Positions 26,226 to 35,896 of a stretch of 38,271 bases of DNA are shown piece after piece (the stretch's first letter is position 1; every line of letters begins with the position of its first letter). The notes below the pieces were generated by a model. It was not told the DNA's origin and searched no databases. It saw only the letters and a program-made list of their open reading frames with translations. The position numbers and the translations under genes were made by a program. This DNA comes from a virus (lineage: Duplodnaviria > Caudoviricetes): positions 1-38,271 of the IMG/VR virus record IMGVR_UViG_3300033489_000028; one strand, 5' to 3'.

Positions 26226-28394
26226 ATGCTTCGATCCATATCCACCCTGTTGCTCGCCCTTGTTCTCGCTCTTCCGACGACCGCGCTTGGCGCCGAGATC
26301 GCTCGTCAGTCCGGCTCCTCCCTCGGGCCGAATGTCATCAATGTGTGCCCGACGTGCGTGTACACATCCTTGCAAAGTGCGGCCGATTCGATTCCTCTTG
26401 TGTCCGGCACACCCCCAGATGCTATGTATCAACTTGGTGCGACGCAAACGGAGGAACCGGTTGTATCGACGTGGGGTGTGGGCGCTACGATTGGGTTATC
26501 ATATAAACCGTTCAATCTATCCTCTGTGCGCGTGTTGATGAAAAAGGTGGGAAACATTTCTGGTAACATAACTGCGAAGTTATGCTATTACGATTCCGGT
26601 GAGAATGCCGGTGCATGTTCCCCAACGGAAACTGTTCCGAATGGAGCGCTATATTCTACTGGGGATTCTATCGCAGTGTCATCTACGGACGCCTTTTTTT
26701 CTCTCAAGACATTTACATTTTCGAACACTACGATTCCGGCTATAACAAATTACGGGACCATCCGCCCTAACAGGATGATCGCGTTTGTACCGGACGCTGA
26801 ATACAATGCAAGCTATTCTGCTGGCGTAAATTATGTCTCAATTATGAGCGTGTCAAATTCATCGGATGAATATGGATACTATATTGGTACGACAGTCACG
26901 GAGGTAACAGGCGTCGGCGATTACACTACAGGTAATGGCAACGGAGGAGTAATAGCTGTTTACGGCGAAGAGCCTGGGTATTCTGAGTTCAATCGATGGA
27001 CCATCAATTTATCTCCTGGTATATACGTTACACCATCGTTAGGGGATAGACATAGAATCCCGCCACACGTATCTGTAATTGGTTCCGGTCAATCGGCTAC
27101 AGTGTTGACTACAAAAACAGATACACATACGTTCTATGATTATATGGGCGACAATGATATAAGCAATCTTACATTAGGTAACGTCATAGATACGAACTTA
27201 TTTCCGTGGAGAGGTGATTCATACGATTCTGTATTGCGCAATAATACAAGTACGTCGGCACCATTTGTAGATATACCTGCTTTTCAAGAAGGCAACGACT
27301 TCCCTAAAATAGGCGATATCTTCTTGCTTTCACAGCCAGGACTTCCAACAACGTTTTATAGAATAACAGCGATGATACCATATTGTAATTCCGGTGACTG
27401 CACAACATACCCTGTAGTTAGGATTACGGCAGATAGGAATATCGATGCTGTCTATACTGTCTCGTGGTCCAATAACCCGATTCCATCCCCAGGCGGGAAT
27501 AATGTAAGGTTCACAGCATTCAAGGAACCGACGCTTGTTTTATACGACGTTACCGCTTCAACTTATCTTAATGCAGAGGGGACGACTTATAGGAAGGAAA
27601 GAATAGTAATCGCAAATGCAATCTGGAAATGGTCCTCAAATTGGAATGTCGAGATGAATGCGACCAGCCTCTGTACTCTCATAGTTAATGGTTTGCATAT
27701 CGTACAGGATGTAGTTGGAAGTACAGGTACTTATGACGCTAGTGGAGCACATCCGGTAGCGCCGTTTTTTGGGAATAGCGGTGGCCTTTTGATGGCATCA
27801 AATATAATCCACGATATAACATCAGATAACCCTATCTCACCGGGATGGTTGATTACTGCTAATGGTGGTACATCTATAATATCGAACTATACAGGTAATT
27901 TGAATGCAACCGGAAGTCCAAGTACATTCAGACTCTATCAAGAGAACGGCGGTGCTCTAATTATATCCGGCTGCTTTCTTAACACCGTGGCGGGCACGTG
28001 GAGCGCGGCAATCACGAAAGCGACCGGAACAGTGAAGATTGATAGGTGCAATGCTCCTGCCCCGACATTTCCAACAAACGGAGAGTGTCTACATCTACAA
28101 GACCCATTTGTATGTTGCACCGGAGCAGGAACAGGCACTTGTGCCGGGAGCATTTCACAGTTGACCGCAAGCCCGGCGCATGGTAGCGGCACAGGCGATG
28201 GCGGAACGACCGAAGTCATCACAGTCCCCGGCGTGCAGACCGGCCACGTCTGCAACTGCGTTCCGACGGTGGATACGAATGACTCGTGCATCATCAACCA
28301 GAAGCAAGTGGCTACCGCGAGCACGTGTACGGTAACGGTGGCAACGGGCGTATGCAACGGGGACACGATCTCTTGCACGGCTACGGCTCCATGA
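26226..28394 (+). CDS. Large signal-peptide-bearing, beta-rich, Cys-rich adhesin/depolymerase-like protein
   Basis: GGAGG RBS; MLRSISTLLLALVLALPTTALGA; YTSLQSAAD...INLSPGIY...VSVIGSG (beta-helix cap-like); Cys-rich C-terminus; AT-richer core. Confidence 0.75.
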   Translation: MLRSISTLLLALVLALPTTALGAEIARQSGSSLGPNVINVCPTCVYTSLQSAADSIPLVSGTPPDAMYQLGATQTEEPVVSTWGVGATIGLSYKPFNLSSVRVLMKKVGNISGNITAKLCYYDSGENAGACSPTETVPNGALYSTGDSIAVSSTDAFFSLKTFTFSNTTIPAITNYGTIRPNRMIAFVPDAEYNASYSAGVNYVSIMSVSNSSDEYGYYIGTTVTEVTGVGDYTTGNGNGGVIAVYGEEPGYSEFNRWTINLSPGIYVTPSLGDRHRIPPHVSVIGSGQSATVLTTKTDTHTFYDYMGDNDISNLTLGNVIDTNLFPWRGDSYDSVLRNNTSTSAPFVDIPAFQEGNDFPKIGDIFLLSQPGLPTTFYRITAMIPYCNSGDCTTYPVVRITADRNIDAVYTVSWSNNPIPSPGGNNVRFTAFKEPTLVLYDVTASTYLNAEGTTYRKERIVIANAIWKWSSNWNVEMNATSLCTLIVNGLHIVQDVVGSTGTYDASGAHPVAPFFGNSGGLLMASNIIHDITSDNPISPGWLITANGGTSIISNYTGNLNATGSPSTFRLYQENGGALIISGCFLNTVAGTWSAAITKATGTVKIDRCNAPAPTFPTNGECLHLQDPFVCCTGAGTGTCAGSISQLTASPAHGSGTGDGGTTEVITVPGVQTGHVCNCVPTVDTNDSCIINQKQVATASTCTVTVATGVCNGDTISCTATAP

Positions 28395-28454
28395 TGCTAA
28401 ACCTAAACGGCGCGAAACACTTGGTAACGTACTTACGTTGAGAAAGGGCCGATA

Positions 28455-29582
28455 ATGGCGGACCGATACGACAGCGTTGAAACTACCTATCTGCTCGGGG
28501 CTCTGCCCACTGGCGGGTCGGTCACGATCCAGATATATCGCGTCTCTAATGGCGCGGCAGTCACCGGCACGCTCACGGCGACGGAGGTCGCATCGAGCGG
28601 GATTTACCGATGGCTCACGTCCGGTGTCACGTGGCCCGCGAACGACATCTATCTCTATCGATTCACCGATGGAACCAATTACACCGAGTGGTATTCCTAC
28701 GAGCGTGGGCTCGGATACCCTGAGACGATAAGGACGGCTCTTGATGTGACTATTGGATCACGCGCGGTCGAGTCGGGTGGCTTACTTACAACGGTAGCCG
28801 GGTATGTTGACACCGAGATAGCGGCCATCAAGGCAAAGACTGATTTGATCCCGGCAGCACCCGCGAGCGAGACTACGCTTGCAACTGTCGCCACCTATGT
28901 TGACACGGAAGTCGCAGCGATCAAAGCCAAGACCGATCTCATTCCTGCTGCCCCAGCAAGTGAGACGACACTTGCCACAGTAGCCACCTATGTGGATACC
29001 GAGGTTGCCGCAATCAAGGCCAAGACGGACCTCATCCCAGCATCCCCTGCAAGCGAAACCACCGTAGCGGCTGTGAAAGCCAAAACGGATTTGATACCCG
29101 CAGCACCGGCAAGTGAGACCACGCTTGCTACGGTTGCGACCTATGTTGACACGGAAGTGGCGGCTATCAAGGCTAAAACTGATCTCATCCCGGCGAGTCC
29201 TGCATCAGAGACAACCGTGGCAGGCGTGAAAGCGAAGACCGATCTGATCCCTGCGGCGCCGGCAAGTGAAACGACTGTCGCCGCGGTAAAAGCCAAGACA
29301 GACCTGATCGGGACATCAAGCGTCGCCAGCCAGGCGGACGTGCGCGACCTGAGCAGGCGCTACCGCCAGGAGACGGTCACCTACGCTACCGTCCCGATCA
29401 CTGGCCGGGGCATCACCCAAGCAATGCTAGACGACGGCAACGTGATCTCCTACACCAAGGTGGACGTGTCTCTCACAGGCAACTTCGGATCGCCTGACTT
29501 CACATACTACGTCGCGCTCTACTACGCTGCGAACGGCGGGCTCGATTACGCGGTCGCGGGTACGTCGGCGCCGAGCCCGTAA
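28455..29582 (+). CDS. Repeat-containing fibre-like structural protein
   Basis: Seven A(A/G)(I/V)KAKTDLI units, mostly followed by PA(A/S)PASETT, in 31-aa and 20-aa versions. Confidence 0.75.
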   Translation: MADRYDSVETTYLLGALPTGGSVTIQIYRVSNGAAVTGTLTATEVASSGIYRWLTSGVTWPANDIYLYRFTDGTNYTEWYSYERGLGYPETIRTALDVTIGSRAVESGGLLTTVAGYVDTEIAAIKAKTDLIPAAPASETTLATVATYVDTEVAAIKAKTDLIPAAPASETTLATVATYVDTEVAAIKAKTDLIPASPASETTVAAVKAKTDLIPAAPASETTLATVATYVDTEVAAIKAKTDLIPASPASETTVAGVKAKTDLIPAAPASETTVAAVKAKTDLIGTSSVASQADVRDLSRRYRQETVTYATVPITGRGITQAMLDDGNVISYTKVDVSLTGNFGSPDFTYYVALYYAANGGLDYAVAGTSAPSP

Positions 29583-29595
29583 GAAGGTCTGACCT

Positions 29596-30291
29596 ATGAG
29601 CAACGTCGATCCGATCGGCCTCGTCACAGACGGGGCCGTGGTGTCTGGGGGACGCGCAAGCGCACTCGCCCTTGCACTGGAGGGAATGCTTGCGGATCTG
29701 GGGGCGACCCCGGTCGAGATCCCTCCCGTGACCGTGGGGCAGTACGCGCTCTGCACGGTCGCGGACGTGCTGGACATGGTCGGGCCCGCGGACACGGCGG
29801 AGCAGTTGGTCATCGCCAAAATGATCAATCGCGTCTCTGACTATATCGAACGCCGCACCGCCTGCCGGTGGGCCGCCAGGGCGTACGATGAGACCGGGAC
29901 CGGCAACGGAACGAGCCGCTACTTCACGCGCAATAGTCCGATCACGAGCGTCGAGGAGGTCTCGATTGACGGGGTAGTGCTTGACCCAACTACCTACGGC
30001 TTCAACTCCTTTTCGATCTACCGAAAGCTCGGGTGGCACTTTCCCGAGTTCGACATCGACAACATCCGTGTGAAGTATCACGCCGGCTGGTATCCGGTCC
30101 CGGGTAGCGTGGTCGAACTGGCTGCCGAGATGGCCGCCTACCGATTCACCCAGTATCAGCAGCGGCGCGTGGGCGTGACGAGCCAGTCCCACGGGGAGGG
30201 CTCGCGCACCTACTTCGCCGGCAACTTCCTGCCCGGGCATGAGGAGCGGCTGGACCTTCTGCGCCGCTCCGGCTATGCGGGGATGGCCTGA
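29596..30291 (+). CDS. Head-tail adaptor (gp6/gp15-like)
   Basis: ALCTVADV...I..VS.YIE...SPITSV...NI.V.Y.AGW..VP...S.S.G..S. Confidence 0.85.
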   Translation: MSNVDPIGLVTDGAVVSGGRASALALALEGMLADLGATPVEIPPVTVGQYALCTVADVLDMVGPADTAEQLVIAKMINRVSDYIERRTACRWAARAYDETGTGNGTSRYFTRNSPITSVEEVSIDGVVLDPTTYGFNSFSIYRKLGWHFPEFDIDNIRVKYHAGWYPVPGSVVELAAEMAAYRFTQYQQRRVGVTSQSHGEGSRTYFAGNFLPGHEERLDLLRRSGYAGMA

Positions 30292-30292
30292 G

Positions 30293-30988
30293 ATGGCGGG
30301 CGACGGCATCACCATCGAAGACAACGTCGATCGGCTTTTCCACGAGCTGGCGGACGTGGCGCAGCGGTTCGACAAGGGCGTTAAGCGCGCGACGCTTGAC
30401 TCGATGATCCTGCTTGAGCGGCATGTCGTCATCGATCACCTGACGGGCGGGACCACCTCGACGCGATTGGGGAGTCGGAGCGGCGCGCTCAGGCAGAACT
30501 TTCAGGTCACGCCGACGATCACGCGGGACCCGGAAGGCGGATACGTCGGGCGCATCACGGTCGGGCCTCCGGCCGACAAGTACGGCCGCACGCATGAAAA
30601 AGGGATGACCATCCGCGCGGCCGGGAAGATGCTGACGATCCCGCTTCCGGCGGCTCGGGCCGGGGGCGACCCACACGGGCCGGCCCGGTTCACGGCCGCC
30701 GAGCTCAGGCGTGACCCGGCGAAGGGCGGCTTCACCGGCACGTTCGTCGCCAAGGGCGTGATCTTCGGGAAACTGGGCATGACGGGTGGCGCCCATCCGC
30801 GCCAGAAGAAGGGCTTTGAGATCGGTGGGGCCAAGGGATCGATCGTGCCCCTCTTCGTGCTCAAGGATCATGTGACGATCCCGCCCCGGCCCTTCATCTC
30901 CTCGACGCTCCGCGAGCAGGCGCAGGCCGTGACCGACATCTACGTCCGCCGCATCGTCGTGGCCTTCGGCGCCTCGGCGGGCGCGTAG
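30293..30988 (+). CDS. Neck/tail completion protein (HK97 gp10-like / virion morphogenesis)
   Basis: RSGALR..., YGRTHEKG.TI, V.IPPRPFI. Confidence 0.8.
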   Translation: MAGDGITIEDNVDRLFHELADVAQRFDKGVKRATLDSMILLERHVVIDHLTGGTTSTRLGSRSGALRQNFQVTPTITRDPEGGYVGRITVGPPADKYGRTHEKGMTIRAAGKMLTIPLPAARAGGDPHGPARFTAAELRRDPAKGGFTGTFVAKGVIFGKLGMTGGAHPRQKKGFEIGGAKGSIVPLFVLKDHVTIPPRPFISSTLREQAQAVTDIYVRRIVVAFGASAGA

Positions 30989-30997
30989 GAGAGGGCC

Positions 30998-31408
30998 GTG
31001 GGTCAGACCCGGAACGCAGCCCTTGAGAAGCTTAAGGAGGCCCTAGCGCGCGTTCCGGGGATTAGCGTTTCGGTTAGAACTGCTCGTCAAAAGAAGGAGT
31101 TTCTGGCGAGCGAGCTTCCGGCAGCGATCATCATAAGACCAATTGGGACGTTCGCGCCATCCGTGGCCCGTCATTTTGAGCACAAGATTACGCCTACGAT
31201 CGTGGTGGTGACGCTTGACCATACGCCCGAACAGACTGAAGAACTGATGTTCGCGATGGTGACGGAGATCATGCGCGACGTAACTCTGGGAGGCACCGCG
31301 AATACAGTTAAGCCTGTAAGTGCAGACGTGCTAGACTTCGAGCCACAAGATCAAGGTTTCACGATGGTCGTGGAAATAATGCTGGCCAGGTTCGGGCCAT
31401 TTCCGTGA
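30998..31408 (+). CDS. Putative tail terminator
   Basis: Position before the tail tube; ELPA..I, D.TLGG.A. Confidence 0.7.
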   Translation: MGQTRNAALEKLKEALARVPGISVSVRTARQKKEFLASELPAAIIIRPIGTFAPSVARHFEHKITPTIVVVTLDHTPEQTEELMFAMVTEIMRDVTLGGTANTVKPVSADVLDFEPQDQGFTMVVEIMLARFGPFP

Positions 31409-31429
31409 AGTAGGGACAGACAACTGGAT

Positions 31430-31483
31430 AGCGCGCGGGCATCCGCGCGCTCGGCCTCGGGATTCTCCCGGGGCTTTTTCTTT
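31430..31483 (+). terminator. Tandem hairpins with U-tract upstream of the tail tube gene
   Basis: AGCGCGCGG-GCAT-CCGCGCGCT then GCCTCGGGA-TTC-TCCCGGGGC-TTTTTCTTT. Confidence 0.6.
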
Positions 31484-31490
31484 GGGGGAG

Positions 31491-33059
31491 ATGGCGATGG
31501 CCAACGAGAGCAACGAGAAAGTCCTATACGCTAAGCAGGGGATTGCGCATACCGCGACGGACGCGCTTGTCCAGGAATTCCTATACAACGCCTTCAAGGT
31601 GACGACCGTCGGCTCTCAGACCAGCCTCACCGACTCCGTGCGCGCGGCCGACGGTGCCGAGTTCTGGACCGGCTACCGCCTCATGTCGCTCTCGGGCACA
31701 AACAAGGGTGTATCGCGGACCGTGACGGCTTTCTCGTCCGGCGGAGCCGTGACGATCGCCGCGTTCCCCACCACGGTGGTCGTGAATGACCTCTTCGCCT
31801 TCTTCCGAAAAGCATCGCCGAACACCGGGACGGTCAAGTTCGCGCCTGAGGTCAACACGATCGTCCGCAATGTCGCGGGCTCCGGGCTCGACCAGAGCAT
31901 CCCCGTCCCGATCCTCACCGGTGCCACCGCCGAGTTCACGGCCGGACTCATGGGCGCTGCAACGTACCCGGCGGCCGGCACGCTCATCAACGACATCCCG
32001 ATGGGCGACCTGCTCGCCTCCGGCACCGGCCAGAAGGTGGTCGGCAAGCCGACCGTTTCCGGCACTGGCACGACGACGACCGTCATCAAGATCCCGACCG
32101 CGACGCACGAGTATTTCCCGATCGGCTGCGCGATCCTGGTCGAGAACGCCAACCCGAACGTGGACATCAAGGACGAAGTCCGTTGGGTCGTGGGCAAGGA
32201 CGACGGCGGCGGGAGCGCGGACACGCTCTATATCAAGCCCGCGCTGACCAACGCGCCCGCCGACGGCTCTCGGATCTGCCCGCTCGTCACCTTCGGGCTC
32301 GTGGAGCTCGGGCACCCGCGGATCACGCTCGTGGTGTTCCAGCCCGACGACGCGACCTCTGGCCAGCGGGTCGTCATCTACAACGCCATCACCAACTTCG
32401 ATCTCGGGCAGGAGGTCTCAAACCTGCTCGACGTGAACTTCAAATTCACGGCCGGCAACATCTTCGCCGGAACGCTGGACGTGAACCACTTCTCACGCTT
32501 CATTTCCGATTCGGAGATCGACGAGGAGCCGAGCTGGGGTCCGATCCCGACGCTTCGCGGGCAGATCGCTTTCCGCGTTCAGCCGGCAGGTAGCGGCACG
32601 GGCACGACCTACTCGGCCACGCTCCGCGACATCACGAAGTTCCAGGGAGCGTCCGGCAACACGATCGCCTCGAAGAAGTCCATGAACACCACGACGGGCG
32701 TGAAATCCACTTCGATCACGAAGCGGCAGGCCACGCTCTCCCTATCCGCGTACCTCGAAGGCGCGTTCCCGGACTTCGGGGATATGCTCAGCGTCTCCGT
32801 GAAGGACGTTCAGATTCAGCTCGGTGGCGACAAGTTCGCCGACTCGGGCGGCGCCGCGATCGGATCCATCTTCGTCGGCCGCTGGCCTAACGCCGTCATC
32901 TCCTCGTGGAGTCGCGGCGGCCAGGACGGGCTCATCACGGTCGAGCTGCCGATGAACGCCGCGAAGGATTTGGGCCAGTCGTTTGAGGACCCGGACCTCG
33001 GAACCGTGACCCACAACTCGCCGCTGATCCAGGACTCCTATCGGCTCGGGGTCATCTAG
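31491..33059 (+). CDS. Major tail (tube) protein with extra beta domains
   Basis: Between terminator and tape measure; about 520 aa; Thr/Gly-rich beta pattern. Confidence 0.7.
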   Translation: MAMANESNEKVLYAKQGIAHTATDALVQEFLYNAFKVTTVGSQTSLTDSVRAADGAEFWTGYRLMSLSGTNKGVSRTVTAFSSGGAVTIAAFPTTVVVNDLFAFFRKASPNTGTVKFAPEVNTIVRNVAGSGLDQSIPVPILTGATAEFTAGLMGAATYPAAGTLINDIPMGDLLASGTGQKVVGKPTVSGTGTTTTVIKIPTATHEYFPIGCAILVENANPNVDIKDEVRWVVGKDDGGGSADTLYIKPALTNAPADGSRICPLVTFGLVELGHPRITLVVFQPDDATSGQRVVIYNAITNFDLGQEVSNLLDVNFKFTAGNIFAGTLDVNHFSRFISDSEIDEEPSWGPIPTLRGQIAFRVQPAGSGTGTTYSATLRDITKFQGASGNTIASKKSMNTTTGVKSTSITKRQATLSLSAYLEGAFPDFGDMLSVSVKDVQIQLGGDKFADSGGAAIGSIFVGRWPNAVISSWSRGGQDGLITVELPMNAAKDLGQSFEDPDLGTVTHNSPLIQDSYRLGVI

Positions 33060-33068
33060 GAGACGCGC

Positions 33069-33251
33069 ATGCTCGTTCCGCTCTGGGCGCTCCTGGCCCT
33101 CGTGTTCCTCGCTGGCATGGGCTTCTGCGCCTTCCTGTTCCTGGTTTTCGGCGTCTCGCGCAAGCGCATCCGGGACGAGGTCGCGAATGATCTGGTGGGA
33201 CTGCTCGCGCTTGTGAAGCAGCAGGCCCCGCCCGAAGTGGTGAAGGAGTAG
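33069..33251 (+). CDS. 60-aa membrane protein
   Basis: AGGAG RBS; about 28 hydrophobic residues then SRKR. Confidence 0.65.
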   Translation: MLVPLWALLALVFLAGMGFCAFLFLVFGVSRKRIRDEVANDLVGLLALVKQQAPPEVVKE

Positions 33252-33253
33252 CC

Positions 33254-35083
33254 GTGGCCGACGATCGAGAACTCAGCCTGATCATCCGCGCCAGGGATTT
33301 TTTCACCGCGCCGTTCAAGAAGCTCGCCGAAGTGGTGCGTGGGGCGAAGGCGCCGCTGACCGATCTGGGTCGGGAGGCGGACAAGGCGCAGGGTTTCTTA
33401 GGAAAGCTGTTTTCCCGTTTCGTTTTCACTCCGACTGATATCGTCGGTGCCTTCCGTCTGATCAAGAACGCGATCGGTGATGTAGTCGGAGCCGCCGCAG
33501 AGCAAGAAGCGGCGACCGCCCGCTTGAATGAGGCTCTTCGACAGACCGGGCAGTTCAGTCAAGCCGCATCGCGGGCTCTCCAGGATAACGCCTCCGCACT
33601 ACAACGCGAGACGGTCTTTTCCGACGAAGCGATCAGCAGCGTCCAGCAGCTATTGATCCAGTTCGGCCACCTCGCCGTGGATCAGGTGCCGCAGGCCACG
33701 AAGGCTGTCCTCGGGCTGGCGTCGGCGAAAAAGATCGATCTCGCCTCGGCCGCTACGATCGTCTCGAAGGCGCTCGCCGGCCAGGCGACGGCATTGGAAC
33801 GTATGGGCATCCAGATCGATGCCACGAAGACCGGGACGGAGCTTTATGCGGAGGTGATGCAGAAGCTGATCCCGCTCTACGGACAGGCGCTCGCCGAGGC
33901 CAATACGTTTGCGGGCGGGCTCGCGCGGATTAAGAACCTCTTCGGCGAACAGCTGGAAACAATCGGTTTTGCGATCATCAAGAATAAGGAGTTTGCCAAA
34001 TCTCTCGATGGAATGGCACAGACTCTATCCGATCCTGCGCTTGCAAATGGACTTGCGGCGATTGCTTCTTCGATAGTCACACTTGCAGGTAAGGGCGCAG
34101 GTGAATTGGCGGCCCTCGGGAGGGACTTGGATAGACTTTCTGCTTTTATAGCTCAGGCCGTCATAGACACTCAGCATTTGGATGAAGCCAGCGTAAAAGC
34201 AAAAGATGTCACTGTCGAGCAACGCGCGGAAATTGAACGGATCATCGAGGCTCGACGCAGAGAAAGTGCTGGACGTGCCGAAGCAATCGCCGCTGCAAAT
34301 GCTCAAGTGGAGGCGGAAAAGAAAGTCACGGAGGCACTAAGGGAGCAGGAAGCGGTCCAAAATCAGGTGACCGCCAGTCTTCTCGGGGCTGCGGAGAATG
34401 CTGCGAAGACGCTCGGAGTAACGCTCAATGCGGCCAACGCTTCCTTCATCCGCGAGGACGAGATTGGCAAGGCGATCCAGGCGTTCACCGTCTTAGAGGG
34501 TTTATTCCAGCTCGGAAAGATCGATGTGGACGCCTACCGAGTCGCGCAGGAGAACCTCGATAAGGTGTTGCGTGGCGAGGTCATCCCGGCCGTGGAGGCC
34601 ATCGGGAACGCAACCCTGGCGGCTGGCCATGATGGCGCGGCCGCACTGGAGGATCTCAAAGGCACGGTCAGCACGCTCCCCGAGGCCTTCAGGGCTGCGG
34701 GCGCAGCCGCTGGGGCTGCGCTCTCCGAGCAGGTACGGATCGCAATCGAGCAATCCCGTGGCATCTTCCGCGACTTCACGGGAGAGATCACCCAATTCGG
34801 GAACAGAACCTTCTCCTCGGCGAGCGGACTCCAGACCGGATCCGGCGGTGGAACTATCAGTTCTTCTTCCCTCGGTTTCCGCGGTGTTGATCCCCTTACG
34901 GGTGGCGTGCTCAACCCGACACCAGGTGTCAAATATAGCCTGCTACGCGGTGGCCAGGCTTACGCGCCGTCCGATCTCTTCCGCGGGATCGGGTTCAGCA
35001 CAAACCTGTTGGAAAATGGGGGCACAGCCCCGGTCGGCATCAACGGACCCTATTCGCCGATCCGGGCTAACGGTTATTTCTAG
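33254..35083 (+). CDS. Tape measure protein
   Basis: L.LII.ARD.F N-terminus; Ala-rich helices; LQ..T.FSDE; position before tail tip genes. Confidence 0.9.
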   Translation: MADDRELSLIIRARDFFTAPFKKLAEVVRGAKAPLTDLGREADKAQGFLGKLFSRFVFTPTDIVGAFRLIKNAIGDVVGAAAEQEAATARLNEALRQTGQFSQAASRALQDNASALQRETVFSDEAISSVQQLLIQFGHLAVDQVPQATKAVLGLASAKKIDLASAATIVSKALAGQATALERMGIQIDATKTGTELYAEVMQKLIPLYGQALAEANTFAGGLARIKNLFGEQLETIGFAIIKNKEFAKSLDGMAQTLSDPALANGLAAIASSIVTLAGKGAGELAALGRDLDRLSAFIAQAVIDTQHLDEASVKAKDVTVEQRAEIERIIEARRRESAGRAEAIAAANAQVEAEKKVTEALREQEAVQNQVTASLLGAAENAAKTLGVTLNAANASFIREDEIGKAIQAFTVLEGLFQLGKIDVDAYRVAQENLDKVLRGEVIPAVEAIGNATLAAGHDGAAALEDLKGTVSTLPEAFRAAGAAAGAALSEQVRIAIEQSRGIFRDFTGEITQFGNRTFSSASGLQTGSGGGTISSSSLGFRGVDPLTGGVLNPTPGVKYSLLRGGQAYAPSDLFRGIGFSTNLLENGGTAPVGINGPYSPIRANGYF

Positions 35084-35098
35084 TCCCGGAGACGAGCG

Positions 35099-35896
35099 AT
35101 GGCCCTGTCTTTTGTATCGGTCAACTGGGCGAGCGTGTTCGCCAACGGGACGCTCACGGCGACGGGGGCGACGTGGAACAACGTGCCGCGGCTCGCCGAC
35201 TTCTTCCTCTCGCGGCTTGCCACCACAACGGCGGCCCCGGCCGGCGAGTCGATCATCAAGGTTGATCAGGGGGCGACGGCAGCGACCTACCTGAGTGCAA
35301 GCCGGTTGATCCTTCCGGCCGGGCACAACATCGGCGTGGCGCTTACGCTCGAATACAGCCCGGACGATGCCGCGTGGACGCCGGTCACGCTCACGCCATC
35401 GGGCACGCCCACATCGGGTGCCTTCTTTTCGGCCACGTTCACGAAGGTTACCGCCGGGTCCGGCAATCGCTACTGGAGGCTCCGCTTCACGAAGATCGAT
35501 GCGGCTGTGCAGCTAGGCGAGGTCTGGCTCACCGAGAAGATCGTTATCGGCCAAAGCGAAACGACGCCGGGCGAATCCGGCGGGGTGAACCTTCCCTATG
35601 ATTTCCCGATCCATCCGAACATCGCGGAGCTTAGGACCTTGGAGGGCGTCAGATCGGCCGTCGAGCTAGGACCGGCCATACGCTCGATTCTCTTGGACGG
35701 GAGCCTACTCACGGCCAATGGCATCCTGGACTGGGAGGGGCTGGACATCGGAACGCTATACGGGCTAAGGCCATTTTTCATAGATGACCCACGCGGAGCG
35801 ACCTGGTTTGGAGTGCTCGCGGCGTTGCCGCGGAGCCTAGACTATGACGCGCCCGAGCGGTGGAGTTGGCAACGCCGCGTGACCGAGATCCCCTGA
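35099..35896 (+). CDS. Distal tail/tail tip protein
   Basis: Follows tape measure; GHN...LEYS.D...W, RYWRLRF, LGEVWL. Confidence 0.75.
   Translation: MALSFVSVNWASVFANGTLTATGATWNNVPRLADFFLSRLATTTAAPAGESIIKVDQGATAATYLSASRLILPAGHNIGVALTLEYSPDDAAWTPVTLTPSGTPTSGAFFSATFTKVTAGSGNRYWRLRFTKIDAAVQLGEVWLTEKIVIGQSETTPGESGGVNLPYDFPIHPNIAELRTLEGVRSAVELGPAIRSILLDGSLLTANGILDWEGLDIGTLYGLRPFFIDDPRGATWFGVLAALPRSLDYDAPERWSWQRRVTEIP

Noticed and set aside
33293-33305. TTTTTTC slippery site as the tail-chaperone frameshift
   Set aside because: It lies inside the tape measure gene, downstream of the small ORF's stop, so it cannot produce a G/GT-type product
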